Shown here piece after piece: positions 62,989-64,000 of a stretch of 64,000 nt of DNA (the first letter of the stretch is position 1; every line of letters begins with the position of its first letter). Position numbers and translations under genes: made by a program. Where the stretch lies: the IMG/VR virus record IMGVR_UViG_3300044712_000786, positions 128,001 through 192,000 of that record; one strand, written 5' to 3'. This DNA is from a virus (lineage: Duplodnaviria; Caudoviricetes). The notes under the pieces were generated by a model that was not told the origin of the DNA, did no database searches, and saw only the letters and a program-made list of their open reading frames with translations.

Positions 62989-63340
62989 AGTTTCAATTGA
63001 TGAGGGCTCAGCTTTCGATATGCTAAGTATCATAGCAGTCAAAAGCCAGAAACAATTAAAGCCAGATAAGGACTTAGAGAACTTATTTAATCTTCTTTAT
63101 TCCGAAATCATGCTGCAAATCGGTCCTCAAAAAATCAGGGATGTCATTGATAGTCAAGAATATAGAGAGTTAATCGAGACTAACGCAAAAATTTTTACTT
63201 TAGTAGACGAAGCTAAACATGATAGAGTCGCCGCCAGTTTAGTTGATAGAGTTAATCATCAGAGATATTTATTAAAGAAAGCAATACAGAATAGGTTTTT
63301 TACAGAAGAATTAACGGAGAAAAAATTTGGATATGAATAA
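62981..63340 (+). CDS. hypothetical protein typical of phage glycan clusters
   Basis: FDML.I..VK...N..R...K..I. Confidence 0.6.
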   Translation: MIKVSIDEGSAFDMLSIIAVKSQKQLKPDKDLENLFNLLYSEIMLQIGPQKIRDVIDSQEYRELIETNAKIFTLVDEAKHDRVAASLVDRVNHQRYLLKKAIQNRFFTEELTEKKFGYE

Positions 63341-64000
63341 GAAAGTAATCATAACGGGCGTTACTGGTATGGATGGGTCTCACTTGGTAGACTATCTTTT
63401 AGAGAATACTCAGCATGAACTTTTCGGTATTGTGAGAAGGTGCTCTAAACCTAACTATACCAATCTGCAACACAACTTAAATAATCCACGGCTTCATTTA
63501 GTGACGGGGGATTTATCGGATTCTGTATCGATTGATAATATTGTCAAAAAAATTCAACCAGACTATTTTGTTAATTTAGCTTCTCAATCGTTTGTAGGTT
63601 CAAGCTGGGAAATCCCAGAGCAGACCTTTGATGTAACCGCTGGTGGAGTTATTAGAACGCTAGAGGCCGTTCGTAAAAATGCTCCGAATTGTCGCTATTA
63701 CAACGCTGGTTCAAGCGAGGAATTCGGGGATGTAATTACTTGTCCCCAAGACGAAACGCATCCCTTGCGCCCGAGAAGTCCTTATGGCGCTGCTAAAGCG
63801 GCTGCTAGACTATTGGTAAAGGTCTACCGAGAATCTTACAATTTGTATGCTATTCAGGGAGTTTTATTTAATCATGAAGGAACTAGAAGGGGTCTAGAAT
63901 TCGTTACTAGAAAAATTACCCATGGGGTAGCTAATATAGCATTGAGTTATGATAACTATGCTCCTATAGAATTAGGCAATGTGGACTCCCAAAGAGATTG
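63333..64000 (+). CDS. gmd: GDP-mannose 4,6-dehydratase, partial (runs off window)
   Basis: Manual translation MNKKVIITGVTGMDGSHL...NLASQSFVG.SW..P...YNAGSSEEFG...PRSPYGAAK...FNHEG.RRG.EFVTRKI. Confidence 0.93.
   Translation, partial: MNKKVIITGVTGMDGSHLVDYLLENTQHELFGIVRRCSKPNYTNLQHNLNNPRLHLVTGDLSDSVSIDNIVKKIQPDYFVNLASQSFVGSSWEIPEQTFDVTAGGVIRTLEAVRKNAPNCRYYNAGSSEEFGDVITCPQDETHPLRPRSPYGAAKAAARLLVKVYRESYNLYAIQGVLFNHEGTRRGLEFVTRKITHGVANIALSYDNYAPIELGNVDSQRD

Noticed and set aside
1-64000. Stop-codon reassignment and tRNA-associated theta (HDV-like) ribozymes
   Set aside because: Genes are intact in the standard code and no suppressor anticodon was found. No HDV-like double pseudoknot was recognised after tRNA 3' ends by eye; a motif search would be needed to exclude them.

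Overview
This window is a 64 kb segment of a large lytic (jumbo-type) dsDNA bacteriophage genome. No integrase, CRISPR array or rRNA gene was seen. Bases 1-41 kb are transcribed almost entirely on the minus strand. They hold many short ORFs interleaved with about 35 tRNA genes covering all 20 amino acids, nearly all with non-canonical T-loops, plus many tRNA-like and hairpin-closed non-coding RNAs. This arm also carries a Ro60/TROVE-like (DUF2828-type) gene, a PurA-like/vWA/J-domain-kinase module and nucleotide metabolism genes (thyX, guaC, dCMP deaminase, dut). Bases 41-64 kb are on the plus strand: dNMP kinase, sigma-like factor, class II RNR, membrane proteins, and a >15 kb cluster of glycosyltransferases, methyltransferases and NDP-sugar enzymes running off the edge in gmd. 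The most interesting signal is a candidate phage RNA system made of four parts: (i) three paralogous Y-RNA-like scaffolds, one enclosing a circularly permuted tRNA mimic; (ii) a tandem array plus dispersed copies of a covarying stem-ACAGCAA hairpin, one directly in front of the Ro-like gene; (iii) a ~270 nt RNA whose ends resemble the 23S rRNA GTPase-associated centre; (iv) several remodelled tRNA-like RNAs. All RNA structures were folded by eye and all protein calls come from remembered motifs; no searches were run.
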